A DNA stretch of 63,316 nt, the filler included, from Licmophora abbreviata (taxonomy: Eukaryota), in the NCBI GenBank assembly GCA_900291995.1. It is 10 parts of 10 records of this genome, joined end to end, with 100 filler letters (N's around TTAATTAATTAA, not from the genome) between each part and the next. Parts side by side here need not be neighbours in the genome. Positions count along the whole stretch, not along the records: positions 3,983 to 11,713 come from OLMU01004855.1; positions 11,814 to 15,488 come from OLMU01004856.1; positions 15,589 to 23,588 come from OLMU01004857.1; 7 more parts are not named here. One strand, given 5' to 3'. The position numbers were made by a program, and so were the translations under genes. This document shows, piece after piece, positions 10,267 through 19,947 of this stretch (the stretch's first letter is position 1; the number at the start of each line of letters is the position of its first letter). The notes beneath the pieces were generated by a model, which did no database searches, was not told where the DNA came from, and saw nothing but the letters and a program-made list of their open reading frames with translations.

Positions 10267-11953
10267 ATGCCGCACTTCCTTTCTCGCACCCTGGCGGCTG
10301 CGGTGCTCGTTGGCTTTGCCGCCGTTGCCTTCCAGCGACATACAAACAACAACGAGGCGTCCCATGAGTTCATTCCCAAAAAGTACTTTGACCAAGAGTC
10401 ATCAGCTCCCATGAACATTGGACTCGTCATTTCCGCCGAAACCGGTCACTGCAATCCTGGAACGACGATTGGCAAGGCCCTGGAGGAGCGGGGGCATCAT
10501 GTCACCATCATTTCGACCTTCAATGCAGCATCGTGTGTCCAACGAGCTGGACTTGACTTTATCCCAATTTCTATATCCAAAGAAGAAGAAGAAATCGTCC
10601 TTTCGGGTCTGGAAGATATGGCACGGTCGCATGGGGCTCAGGCCTTCCAGTATGCGATCCAAGCGGTCTTGGACGTCGATCGGATGATGCTGAGAGAAGT
10701 TCCCGGCATTGTGCAAGAGAAGAACTTTGACTTTATGATTATTGATGAAGTCAAACTCTCATGTGCATCCATTGCGGAACGGCACAATATACAATTCGGA
10801 GTCATCAGCAATGGTGTGCCCTTCCTGGTAGACCCTCTGTCGCCACCCTACTTTACCCCTTGGCAGCCTGCGCAATCTTGGATGGGGGCAGTGCGTATAA
10901 TGCTCACTTGGTTGAGGTACGGGATCCGAATTCGATCCATCATCCTGCAGGCCAACTCCTTCCGAAAGGAACTAGGACTTGGCGGGATTGGTTCCGACTA
11001 CAAAAAGGAGGTGCCGTCCTTCTGGTTGGCGCAAGTCCCACGCGGTCTCAATTTTCCATACAAACGATTGCCTGGAAATTTTGTTCATACGACTCCTTGG
11101 TACAAGCCCGATAGAGACCAAGAGTTTGCTACGTCCTTTCCTTGGGAAAAGTTGGACGGGCGTCCTATTCTCTACGTGTCCTTGGGTACCATGCAGAATC
11201 GAATCGATACGCTCTTTGTCAGGCTGGCGGAGGCGTGTATGGACTTGGACGTACAATTGGTAATGACACTGGGTCGTCGGGGCGCCACACTGGAAGGCAG
11301 TGATACTACTACATTTCCAAAGGGAGCCATCGTGGTGGACTACGCCCCGCAGGTCCAGCTGCTGGAACGGGCGACGGCGCTCGTGACGCACGCCGGCATG
11401 AACACGGCACTGGAGGCCCTTTCCTACGGACTGCCCATGCTGGCGCTGCCCGTCAATACGGATCAGCCGGGCGTGGCGGCCCGTCTCGCATTCGCAGGAG
11501 CGGCGGAGGTCGTGCGACCGGACGAAACAGCGAGCTCTGCGGTGCTGCGGGAGGCCCTGGAACGGATTCTGATCGATCCGAGCTACCGGCAAGCGGCGGA
11601 GAAGCTGCGGGATGAGATTCGTCGGGGGCCTACGCTGGAGCAAGTGGCAGAGCTGGTGGAGATTGGGTTCTCGAAGGGATTGTCAGACGACGAGGCCTTC
11701 AATGTGAGACCGGNNNNNNNNNNNNNNNNNNNNNNNNNNNNNNNNNNNNNNNNNNNNTTAATTAATTAANNNNNNNNNNNNNNNNNNNNNNNNNNNNNNN
11801 NNNNNNNNNNNNNAAGTCGTTCGCATCGTTGGAGAGCCGCCTCCCGAAGCTACCATGACGTATGACTCGCTTGTTGTCATTGTGGCGGTCGCCATGGTTG
11901 CTGCTATTCGGATACTGCTAGGCCGTAGGAGAGGCGTTCGGAAAAAGGGGTAA
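10267..11953 (+). CDS. GT1 glycosyltransferase, bacterial MGT/CrtX-like, copy 1 (spans gap; C-terminal TM tail at 11816-11953)
   Basis: TGHCNP, RGHHVT, YVSLGT, YAPQVQLL...VTHAGMNTALEALSYGLPM...DQP signature. After the gap the frame reads VVRIVGEPPP...hydrophobic...RRRGVRKKG-stop; joining it to this gene is inferred. Confidence 0.88.
11814..11844 (+). repeat. Left arm of an inverted repeat (pairs with 15458-15488)
   Basis: AAGTCGTTCGCATCGTTGGAGAGCC(G/C)CCTCC matches the reverse complement of the other end of this contig at 30/31 positions. Confidence 0.95.
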
Positions 11954-12456
11954 CGAGGATATGCTCTTGCTACGTCGATATTTGATAGTCGCGGTAACAC
12001 GCGCACCGATGGATAACAAGGGCACGACTTGTTCCAGTGTTTGCTTCCGACTTTGTTGTTTCATAGAGTATGAATCTAGGAGGATACGAGCGCCTTACTC
12101 CGCCACTACGAGTCCTGCTTGGATATGTCTGCGGCATCATCGGCCATACGAGGGAGTGGTCGCGCGATCGAACTTCCTTTCGCGTATGTATGTTCGCTTC
12201 TGTCGCAGACGGGTGTCGCTTGCGCACAATCTTAGCGCCCCTCTCTCTATGCGACACAAAAGCTTGTAGCTATATATTGGATCACGAACGCTAACGCGAG
12301 TACAGAATGTCGCACCCAAGATGTACAAAACATGCACAAAAATGAAAGGTCATCCTCGTTTGGACCGCGCCGCCACTCACTTTCTACTAGATCTATCCAG
12401 AAAAGGGATTGTTGGAGGATATACTCATTCGAGACTCTCATCATTCATACACAAGC

Positions 12457-15243
12457 ATGACAACGATGAGGCCCGTCCATGTCGACGTGTCCAGCATAGA
12501 TCTAGAGATACCGGAGGAAATAATTCGCAGCAGCGATGAGAATGCCGTCAAGGAATGGATCTGGCAGCACCGCAAGAAGGAGCTGCTGCGAAATTTACAA
12601 ATTGAAATTCGAAACAAGCCATTCCAAGAGCAGCAACCACAGCCGACATCGAACAAACTAGAAGAAACTGAAAAGAGACTGAGTTTACTGGATAGAATCG
12701 CGCAAGTGCAGCGCCAGTTTCTGCAGAGCGAAGGTCCGAAAGTTGTATTTTCGTGCTTGTTAGAAGGACTTTTGCAGCTCATGGACAGCGAGTATGGTTT
12801 CATAGGCGAAGTCAAGTACGAAGACGATGGGACCACCATGTACTTGCAGACGCATGCCATCACCAATATCGCATGGGATGCTGCTACAAGAGCCTTTTAC
12901 GATGAAAATGTCGACAGTGGCTTGAAATTTACCAATATGAAGAGTCTCTTTGGGACTGTCATGGTCAACAAGGAACCTGTCATTTCGAATACTCCCAAGA
13001 AGGATTCACGAGCCTGCGGAGTGCCCAAGGGTCATCCGCCTCTCAATCACTTTCTCGGAATTCCATTCTTCAAGAAGGGTGGTGAAATGAATGGCATGGT
13101 CGGTGTCGCCAACAAGCCGGGGGGATACAGCGAACAAGACATTGAGTTCCTGGAGCCCTTCACTGTCACATGCAGCAATCTTATTCAAGCCTACTCACAG
13201 ATTCAACAGAACTTGCACTTGATCAATACGCTCGAGGAAAAAGTCACAGAGCGGACACAAGAACTCGAACAAGCCAACCGGCACCTCGAGGACGCCAACA
13301 AGAAGGTGCTCCGCGCTTCCGCCGCGCAGCTCCAACACTTTGCCTGTATGAGTCACGAAATCCGAACGCCGCTCAATTGCATCATCGGCCTGTCCAGTCT
13401 GTTGCAAGAGACCAAGTTGCAGCCCCAGCAAGAAGAAACTTTGAACATGATAGTGTCATCGGGAGACTTGCTGCTTACCGTCGTGAATGATGTGCTGGAT
13501 TATAGCAAGCTGGAATCGGGCAATGTCGATATTGAAGTGCGGAAGAGCAACTTGCAGGAAACGCTCGACAGTATCGTACACAGTATCGAGATGAAGGCGA
13601 AGGAGAAGCATTTGATTGTGCGAACATTCTATGATACGTCGCTTCCCGAACATGTCCATACGGACAGTCGGCGATTGCAACAAATCTTGTATAATTTGCT
13701 GGGAAATGCCATCAAATTCAGCAAAGAAGGGGGAGTGGTCGAGTTGGGAGTCTGTATATGCGACCGCAACGCTGCTACGAGAACCCATGCTAGTGCTGAG
13801 AGCGTCCCACAGTCAGAGACAAACGGTGACTCCGACAAGCGATTGGAAGATGGTAACGACCATGATGACAACCATGTGGACAGAGGCAGTTCAAATGTGA
13901 CAACTGGAAGCCCTCGTGGAGGGTCTCTCCTCGCAGACGAACACGACTCTGAGTCTCGATGTCCGTTCTTACGCACCTCTGAAAATCAGGCATCCGGAGC
14001 GAGCTCTGATACGACTATCAGCGAGGTAGCGCCGCCCAGTCTCCATCAGGGGGTCGCCTGTCCGTTTGCATTTCCTGGGCGCGATTCGACTTGCAAAGAA
14101 GAAATAGATAGTGCAAACGTATTGCGCTTTGTCGTGAAGGATTATGGCAGAGGCATCAATAAGAAGGATTTCACAAGAATCTTTAAACCTTTTGACCAGG
14201 CGACGGTCGATACAGAGAGACTGTACGGTGGTACTGGTTTAGGGCTGGCCATCACATCCAAACTCATTCACGGTCTTGGTGGAAGCATTTCAGTGGATAG
14301 CGTGGAAGACGAGTGGTCTCGATTCACCGTGGAGCTTCCTTTGGTGGATGCACCTGTCGATGTGGAAGGACTGTCAAAACGATGGAGGGATAGAACCATT
14401 ATCCTTGTTCACACTGATCTCGGAAAAGCTTCACGGTTCAACTCGATCTGCTCGGCATACGATATAGAGACGGTCCATTTCCAAAGCCTGGACGAAATGA
14501 GCGATTGGACGCAAAAGGCTGGATCGATTCAGCCTGAGCGCAGTTACATATGTCTCGTGTATGAGGAACTATTTCGTCCTGGTCCGTATGAAGATCTGGC
14601 GTCCATGGCAAACTCCGTGCTTTTAACATGCGGACCAAAGTATAGCGTGGCCGTATCTCGCGAGCACTATCGCTCGCTGCTCCGGGTCATTCCATCTGTG
14701 CTGATGAAGTCGATGGGAATCTGGTTAGACTCATCTGCTCCGGTCTCGAAAACAACTGCTAGTATTGCTTCGTCTTCAAGATTACGTTCGCTTCCTGTCC
14801 CATACGGTGATTTGCGGGTCCTCGTTGCGGAGGACAATCTAATCAACCAGAAAGTACTACATCGGATGCTGAAAAGATTGGGCATGAGCAAGGTCGATCT
14901 TGTGGACAATGGTCAGAAAGCGGTGGATCAGGAAGCTGTCGAGGAGTACGATGTCGTGTTTATGGATATGCAGATGCCCGTCATGGGCGGAGTGGATGCT
15001 TGTCGCGAGATCGTTAAGAGACGGGGCAGCCGCTCGATACCGACAGTTGTGTTTGTTACTGCCCACGTGGAGAGCTCCTTCGAGCTAGAGGCAGCAAATG
15101 CAGGTGGCAGTGGCTTCCTACCAAAGCCATTCAACCTTCAGGAAATTGAAAAATGCTTCCAGAAACTGCAGTTGTCTGGGTCGCCTCCAGAGGATTCCAG
15201 CAGTTTGAAAGTAGCTGCCTCCTCAGAGGCATATCTGGGGTAA
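12457..15243 (+). CDS. Hybrid sensor histidine kinase (GAF-HisKA-HATPase-REC)
   Basis: GAF region with GHPPLNHFLGIP, H-box MSHEIRTPLN, N-box QILYNLLGNAIKF, G-boxes DYGRGI and GGTGLGL, receiver with VAEDN, FMDMQMP and PKPF. Intronless. Confidence 0.95.
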   Translation: MTTMRPVHVDVSSIDLEIPEEIIRSSDENAVKEWIWQHRKKELLRNLQIEIRNKPFQEQQPQPTSNKLEETEKRLSLLDRIAQVQRQFLQSEGPKVVFSCLLEGLLQLMDSEYGFIGEVKYEDDGTTMYLQTHAITNIAWDAATRAFYDENVDSGLKFTNMKSLFGTVMVNKEPVISNTPKKDSRACGVPKGHPPLNHFLGIPFFKKGGEMNGMVGVANKPGGYSEQDIEFLEPFTVTCSNLIQAYSQIQQNLHLINTLEEKVTERTQELEQANRHLEDANKKVLRASAAQLQHFACMSHEIRTPLNCIIGLSSLLQETKLQPQQEETLNMIVSSGDLLLTVVNDVLDYSKLESGNVDIEVRKSNLQETLDSIVHSIEMKAKEKHLIVRTFYDTSLPEHVHTDSRRLQQILYNLLGNAIKFSKEGGVVELGVCICDRNAATRTHASAESVPQSETNGDSDKRLEDGNDHDDNHVDRGSSNVTTGSPRGGSLLADEHDSESRCPFLRTSENQASGASSDTTISEVAPPSLHQGVACPFAFPGRDSTCKEEIDSANVLRFVVKDYGRGINKKDFTRIFKPFDQATVDTERLYGGTGLGLAITSKLIHGLGGSISVDSVEDEWSRFTVELPLVDAPVDVEGLSKRWRDRTIILVHTDLGKASRFNSICSAYDIETVHFQSLDEMSDWTQKAGSIQPERSYICLVYEELFRPGPYEDLASMANSVLLTCGPKYSVAVSREHYRSLLRVIPSVLMKSMGIWLDSSAPVSKTTASIASSSRLRSLPVPYGDLRVLVAEDNLINQKVLHRMLKRLGMSKVDLVDNGQKAVDQEAVEEYDVVFMDMQMPVMGGVDACREIVKRRGSRSIPTVVFVTAHVESSFELEAANAGGSGFLPKPFNLQEIEKCFQKLQLSGSPPEDSSSLKVAASSEAYLG

Positions 15244-15321
15244 CAGTCGAATGCCAAGTAATGGAGACGATACCTAGCATGTGTCTTCAGTAGTCTTATG
15301 TGCTTTACCTCCTCCTCCTCC

Positions 15322-16762
15322 TCAGTGTTGCACTGCTTTTCCTCGGCTTGGTCTGCTTCCTCTATGTCGTGCACGATACATTACCCAAGCGACGGCAACT
15401 GCAATGAAAACAAATAGGAGCGCCTGTCTCGTTGACCTCGAGGAAAAGGATGCCTGTGGAGGGGGCTCTCCAACGATGCGAACGACTTNNNNNNNNNNNN
15501 NNNNNNNNNNNNNNNNNNNNNNNNNNNNNNNNTTAATTAATTAANNNNNNNNNNNNNNNNNNNNNNNNNNNNNNNNNNNNNNNNNNNNCGTAGGAAAGGG
15601 CCTCCAGTGCCGTGTTCATGCCGGCGTGCGTCACGAGCGCCGTCGCCCGTTCCAGCAGCTGGACCTGCGGGGCGTAGTCCACCACGATGGCTCCCTTTGG
15701 AAATGTAGTAGTATCACTGCCTTCCAGTGTGGCGCCCCGACGACCCAGTGTCATTACCAATTGAACGTCCAAGTCCATGCACGCCTCCGCCAGCATGAGG
15801 TACCGCTCTTCGACTTGGTTCTGAACAGTACCCAAGGACACGTAGAGAATAGGACGCCCGTCCAACTTTTCCCACGGGAATGAATCGCTCGTCGCCGTTC
15901 GTCGAGTGCTATTGTGCCATGGAACGGTGTGAACAAAGTTCCCAGGCAACCGTCTGTAAGGGAAATCAAGGCAGCTGGGTAGTTGGGACAGCCAAAAAGA
16001 CGGAGCCTCCCCCTTCAACCTGGGGCTCATCGTGCCCAGTCCCTGTTTCCTTCGATATTCGTTGATTTGGAAGAGGTTGGATCTACCGAGCACCCCGAGT
16101 TTTAACCAAGCAAAGAGGTTGCGGACAGCACCAGTGAACGCAAAGGTGGGCTGCCAGGACGTAAAGGTGGGCGGGGCGATCGCGTCTGGAATTTGCGGAA
16201 TACCTGTACTGATGAGTCCGCTCTGTATATTGTGCGCTTGCGCTACGGATACACAAGAGAGGAGCATTTCGTCAATGATCAAAAAGTCAAAGCTTTTATT
16301 CGTACTAGCAGAAGGATGCTGGAGGACACCGGGGACGTCTCGCAGCAGCATTCGATCGAGTTCCCATGCAAACTTGACGGCATGCTGGAAGGCACCCCGC
16401 GATGAGGAGCGCGCAATTTCTTCAAAGCCAGAGGCAATAATCTCCTGCTCTTGTTTGGAAGTACCAATGGGGATGAAATCGAGTCCGGTTCGTTCCGCAT
16501 AAACTTGCGCGTTGGGGGTTGAAATGATCGTCACATGATGGCCTCGCTCCTGCAAGGCCTGCCCCAAGGACGTTCCCGGATTGCAGTGTCCCGTAGCACC
16601 CGTCAGGATCATACCAATGTTCATCATGGAAGACGACTCTCTATCGAAGACTTTCGGGCTATCGACGAACTCATTGCTGTTGTTTTGGTGCCGTTGGAAG
16701 GCTACAGCCGCAAACACGACGAGCAGCGCGGCCAATGTTAGGCGGGAAACGGAGAGCGGCAT
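15322..16762 (-). CDS. GT1 glycosyltransferase, bacterial MGT/CrtX-like, copy 2 (spans gap; C-terminal TM tail at 15486-15322)
   Basis: Paralog of copy 1 with the same motifs. The tail reads VVRIVGEPPPQ...ALLFVFIAVAVAWVMY...AVQH-stop on the minus strand; joining it is inferred. Confidence 0.88.
15458..15488 (-). repeat. Right arm of an inverted repeat (pairs with 11814-11844)
   Basis: Reverse complement of the contig start. Encodes VVRIVGEPPP in both glycosyltransferase copies. Confidence 0.95.
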
Positions 16763-17212
16763 TGTATTTTGGGGGCCCGAACGAACAGCAGCTACAATAA
16801 CGATAAATTCAACTCAAGGCTTCTGTAGCAACAAAGCCTGATACAGCAAGAGCAAGAAGGGACGCCAGGAGCCATAGTAGCAACGCAACGAAGTGCGGAT
16901 GGCTGACGTCCGCTGTGGTGTTGCTGTGGATCCTGAGAATGGCGGTGCTTTGATGTGCTTTCTCATCGTCACTGGATTTTTGGAATTTTGAATTGGACTT
17001 TTGACTTTTGGGTTTTGGGGGGTGGGTTTGGAAATAAATCCAAAAGGACATTGGAAATCCAAAAAACATCGTAGCACGTCTCACATCTCTCGTGTGTGTG
17101 TGATCACCATGATGAACCCTTTCCTTGCCGCCGGGAGATAGATAGCTGACCCTCGATCGTCTCGCAGACTAGTAGGGTGGAATTGACTCTTAGGATAGAA
17201 GTCATTACAACA

Positions 17213-18120
17213 ATGAATTTGATGCGACAGCATCTCATAAAGCTCATTTCGAGCGCTTCCTTTGAAACAACTCCAAAGCAAGCAGCTGCTGATTTGGCTC
17301 ATTTTAGGACTATTGCACCAACTGCAACACGCGTTTCGGTCACCTTTCTTCCGGGAACTGCTTTCGTGATACTATCGAAGCATCCAAGCGGCTCCTGCAT
17401 CCGCACGGGCTCTCGCCAATCCCGACCTTCTGTGCACGGGCCTTTCGAAATAAGCAAGACGTGGAAGAGAGTCTTCAGATGCTACGCGACCAACTTCCAG
17501 AGGTCGATGAAGTCTATGTCTTCGCGGGGAGTGTTTCGGAGCCGTTGGGAGATTTTCGTACTTCCATGGACTTGTTAGAGACGGGGCTATTTGACAAGTA
17601 CGGCATTGGAAGAATCGGCTTGGCAAGCCATCCGGAGGGATTGCAGGACGTCAGTGACGACGAACTGGCGTCCGCTCTTGCTTACAAAAACTCATTCGCT
17701 GCAGATCGCACTGATGCCGAGTGCTTTCTTGTCACACAGTTCTGTTTTGAGTCGGCGCCTATTCTAAAATGGGAGAAGAGGATCCGTGTTGAGGGGCATA
17801 ATAGACTGCCAATTCACGTTGGGGTGCCAGGCATTGCGTCGGTGACGACGCTACTGAAGCATGCTCGAAACTGTGGTGTTGGTCCGTCAATGCGCGTGTT
17901 GCAACAAAAAGGGGCTGATCTCACAAAGTTGGTGACGTGGAAACCCGATGGATTGCTTTTAGATCTGGCCGAGGCGCGAGCGAACGATCCAGAATGCCTC
18001 ATCGAATCGGTCCATTGGTACCCTTTTGGTGGAATCTACAAGACAGCCAAGCTTTCGAATTCAATTGCAATGGGAACGTTTGCGATAGATGAGGACAGTA
18101 AGAGCCTTCAAGTATTTTGA
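17213..18120 (+). pseudogene. metF: Bacterial-type methylenetetrahydrofolate reductase (MetF-like) with a 1-nt frameshift near 17360
   Basis: SFETTPK...VTFLPGT is in one frame. FRDTIEASKRL...HPEG...VTQFCF...IHVGVPG...CGVGPS...HWYPFGG is in another. Restoring one base gives a continuous ~302-aa catalytic-domain-only protein. Confidence 0.8.
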
Positions 18121-18521
18121 ACTGCATACTACGCTCATCGAGCATAGGCAAAGGCTTTGGGTGATGTATGATAGCGGACTAAGAATGATAGCTCGCGGAG
18201 TGAGTTTTGGCCGATTTCTGGCTCCCCGACGCTGGCCGGCCTCTCACTCTTTTGGCGAACCCTACTGGCTGGCTTGCGCGCAGCGCGTCCCCCAACGGCT
18301 GAACGTGATGATGACGATGAACAATCATTGCAATCAGATCGTCGACATCATTCGGCATGTAGACTGCCGCCGGCATTGCCTTTTCTCAATCTTCCTTTCG
18401 TCTATCGTGTAGTCTACTCTAGACTACTCCTGGTTTTCGTCTGTGCGGTTCAGATTGCGTTTTGACGGAAAAAATCAGAGCAGCATTGACCGTCCCTCTG
18501 CAACTCGCTGTAATTGTGACA

Positions 18522-19319
18522 ATGAACAACCCCGTTCGTGCCTACATTCGTGGTCGAGTGCTGGATGTCATCCTTCACGCTCGAGACCTCACTGTTCGGG
18601 ATATCCTACTCCCGTACGTCCAAGGAAACGTACTGGACGTTGGCTGTGGGACTGGCGAAATATCAGAACTCCTGCTTCAGCACGACAAAGGCCAGATCGA
18701 ATCGATTGTCGGATTAGACCCGCATTTGCCTCCCGAACCGAAAATCCCTGTCAAGGCCTTTGATGGTTATACGATTCCATTTGGAGACAAGCAGTTTGAT
18801 ACTGTCATAAGCAGTTTTATCTTGCATCATGCGGAGGACCCTGGCGTGCTCCTGGATGAAATGAGACGGGTTGGGGCGGATCATGTGGTCGTTTTGGAAG
18901 ATGCCGTGGACACGCCTCCGGCGCGAGCGGCTGCCCTCGCGCTGCATGATAAGATGAAGCAGTTGTCTGGGATGGAGTATGAACCCGATGGGTTTCATAC
19001 ACCAGAGGATTGGAACCGCATCTTCTCGGGGCACGGCTTTCGTGTGGATCTGCAAGCACGACTGCCAAGCAGTATGCCTTTCTTTCCGAGTCTTGGTCAC
19101 CATCTGTTTGTACTTTCGGACCAAGATACTGTGGCTAATTTGCATTCATACGAGGCTTTGAACGTTCATCACGTTTATTATCGCATCTATCTTGTCTACA
19201 TGGTGTCGCTTCTGCTTCTATTTTCAGTTTCTGCTTTCGCTATCCGAGTTATCTTGTCGGTTTTGAGAAAGGGATCTGGTCGCCCGTCACCGTCAGCTGG
19301 TTCGAAAAAGGTAAATTGA
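18522..19319 (+). CDS. Class I SAM-dependent methyltransferase, C-terminal TM and KKVN tail (start uncertain)
   Basis: VLDVGCGTG, IPFGDKQFD, FILHHAED, VVVLED. Hydrophobic segment followed by ...SKKVN-stop. Confidence 0.88.
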   Translation: MNNPVRAYIRGRVLDVILHARDLTVRDILLPYVQGNVLDVGCGTGEISELLLQHDKGQIESIVGLDPHLPPEPKIPVKAFDGYTIPFGDKQFDTVISSFILHHAEDPGVLLDEMRRVGADHVVVLEDAVDTPPARAAALALHDKMKQLSGMEYEPDGFHTPEDWNRIFSGHGFRVDLQARLPSSMPFFPSLGHHLFVLSDQDTVANLHSYEALNVHHVYYRIYLVYMVSLLLLFSVSAFAIRVILSVLRKGSGRPSPSAGSKKVN

Positions 19320-19947
19320 ACGCGGTTGGTGTCTCAGCAGCTTGATTTTGAGCTAATAGAACGTCCCTGCATAGAGGGGTGTGATTCTTATTAGAGTGCC
19401 TTGGTAATCTATCTGTCTCGTATGTAGGAGTGTAAAGGTCCACTTCTCGTACCGCGGCACGGTGCAAAAAAGACGCAACATACTGTTCCATTGTATCTGA
19501 CTGTCTTACTGCCCGCTTAAAGCCAGCTTGAGCTCTGCAGTATGACCGTTGGGCATGCTATTGGGATCGGGCAGATGGGTGAGGCGGTGAGACCCGTCAT
19601 CACTCATTGTTTCTGTGTGTGATAAGGGGAGCAAGCACACTCAGATTGCAAAAGCTGCACCGACGATAACAGACTGTAGACAGCTGTCGCGTGAAAATCG
19701 AACGTCTCTTCAACGCCGGCACAATCTTGTCTCTGTTTTTGTGTCGCTGTTTGCATCATTGAACAAGCTGCTTTCCTGCATTTGCCTGTCTCTTTGTTTC
19801 CCTTGAGTCGACAGGGAAAAGATTTGTCGGATAGACTGGATCGAAAAGGTGACGATTATTTTCCGAAGTGACTACATATCATAGCGCTTCTATCTACACA
19901 GTATACGAGTACCAGCACCGTCAGTACTATCTTATCTCGCAGCGACA

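Noticed and set aside
11814..15488. Terminal inverted repeats suggesting a DNA transposon carrying the kinase
   Set aside because: The repeats are in-frame coding sequence of the two glycosyltransferase 3' ends, and no transposase is present.
17340..17375. Programmed ribosomal frameshift in metF
   Set aside because: No canonical X XXY YYZ slippery heptamer at the shift; mutation or sequencing error is more likely.
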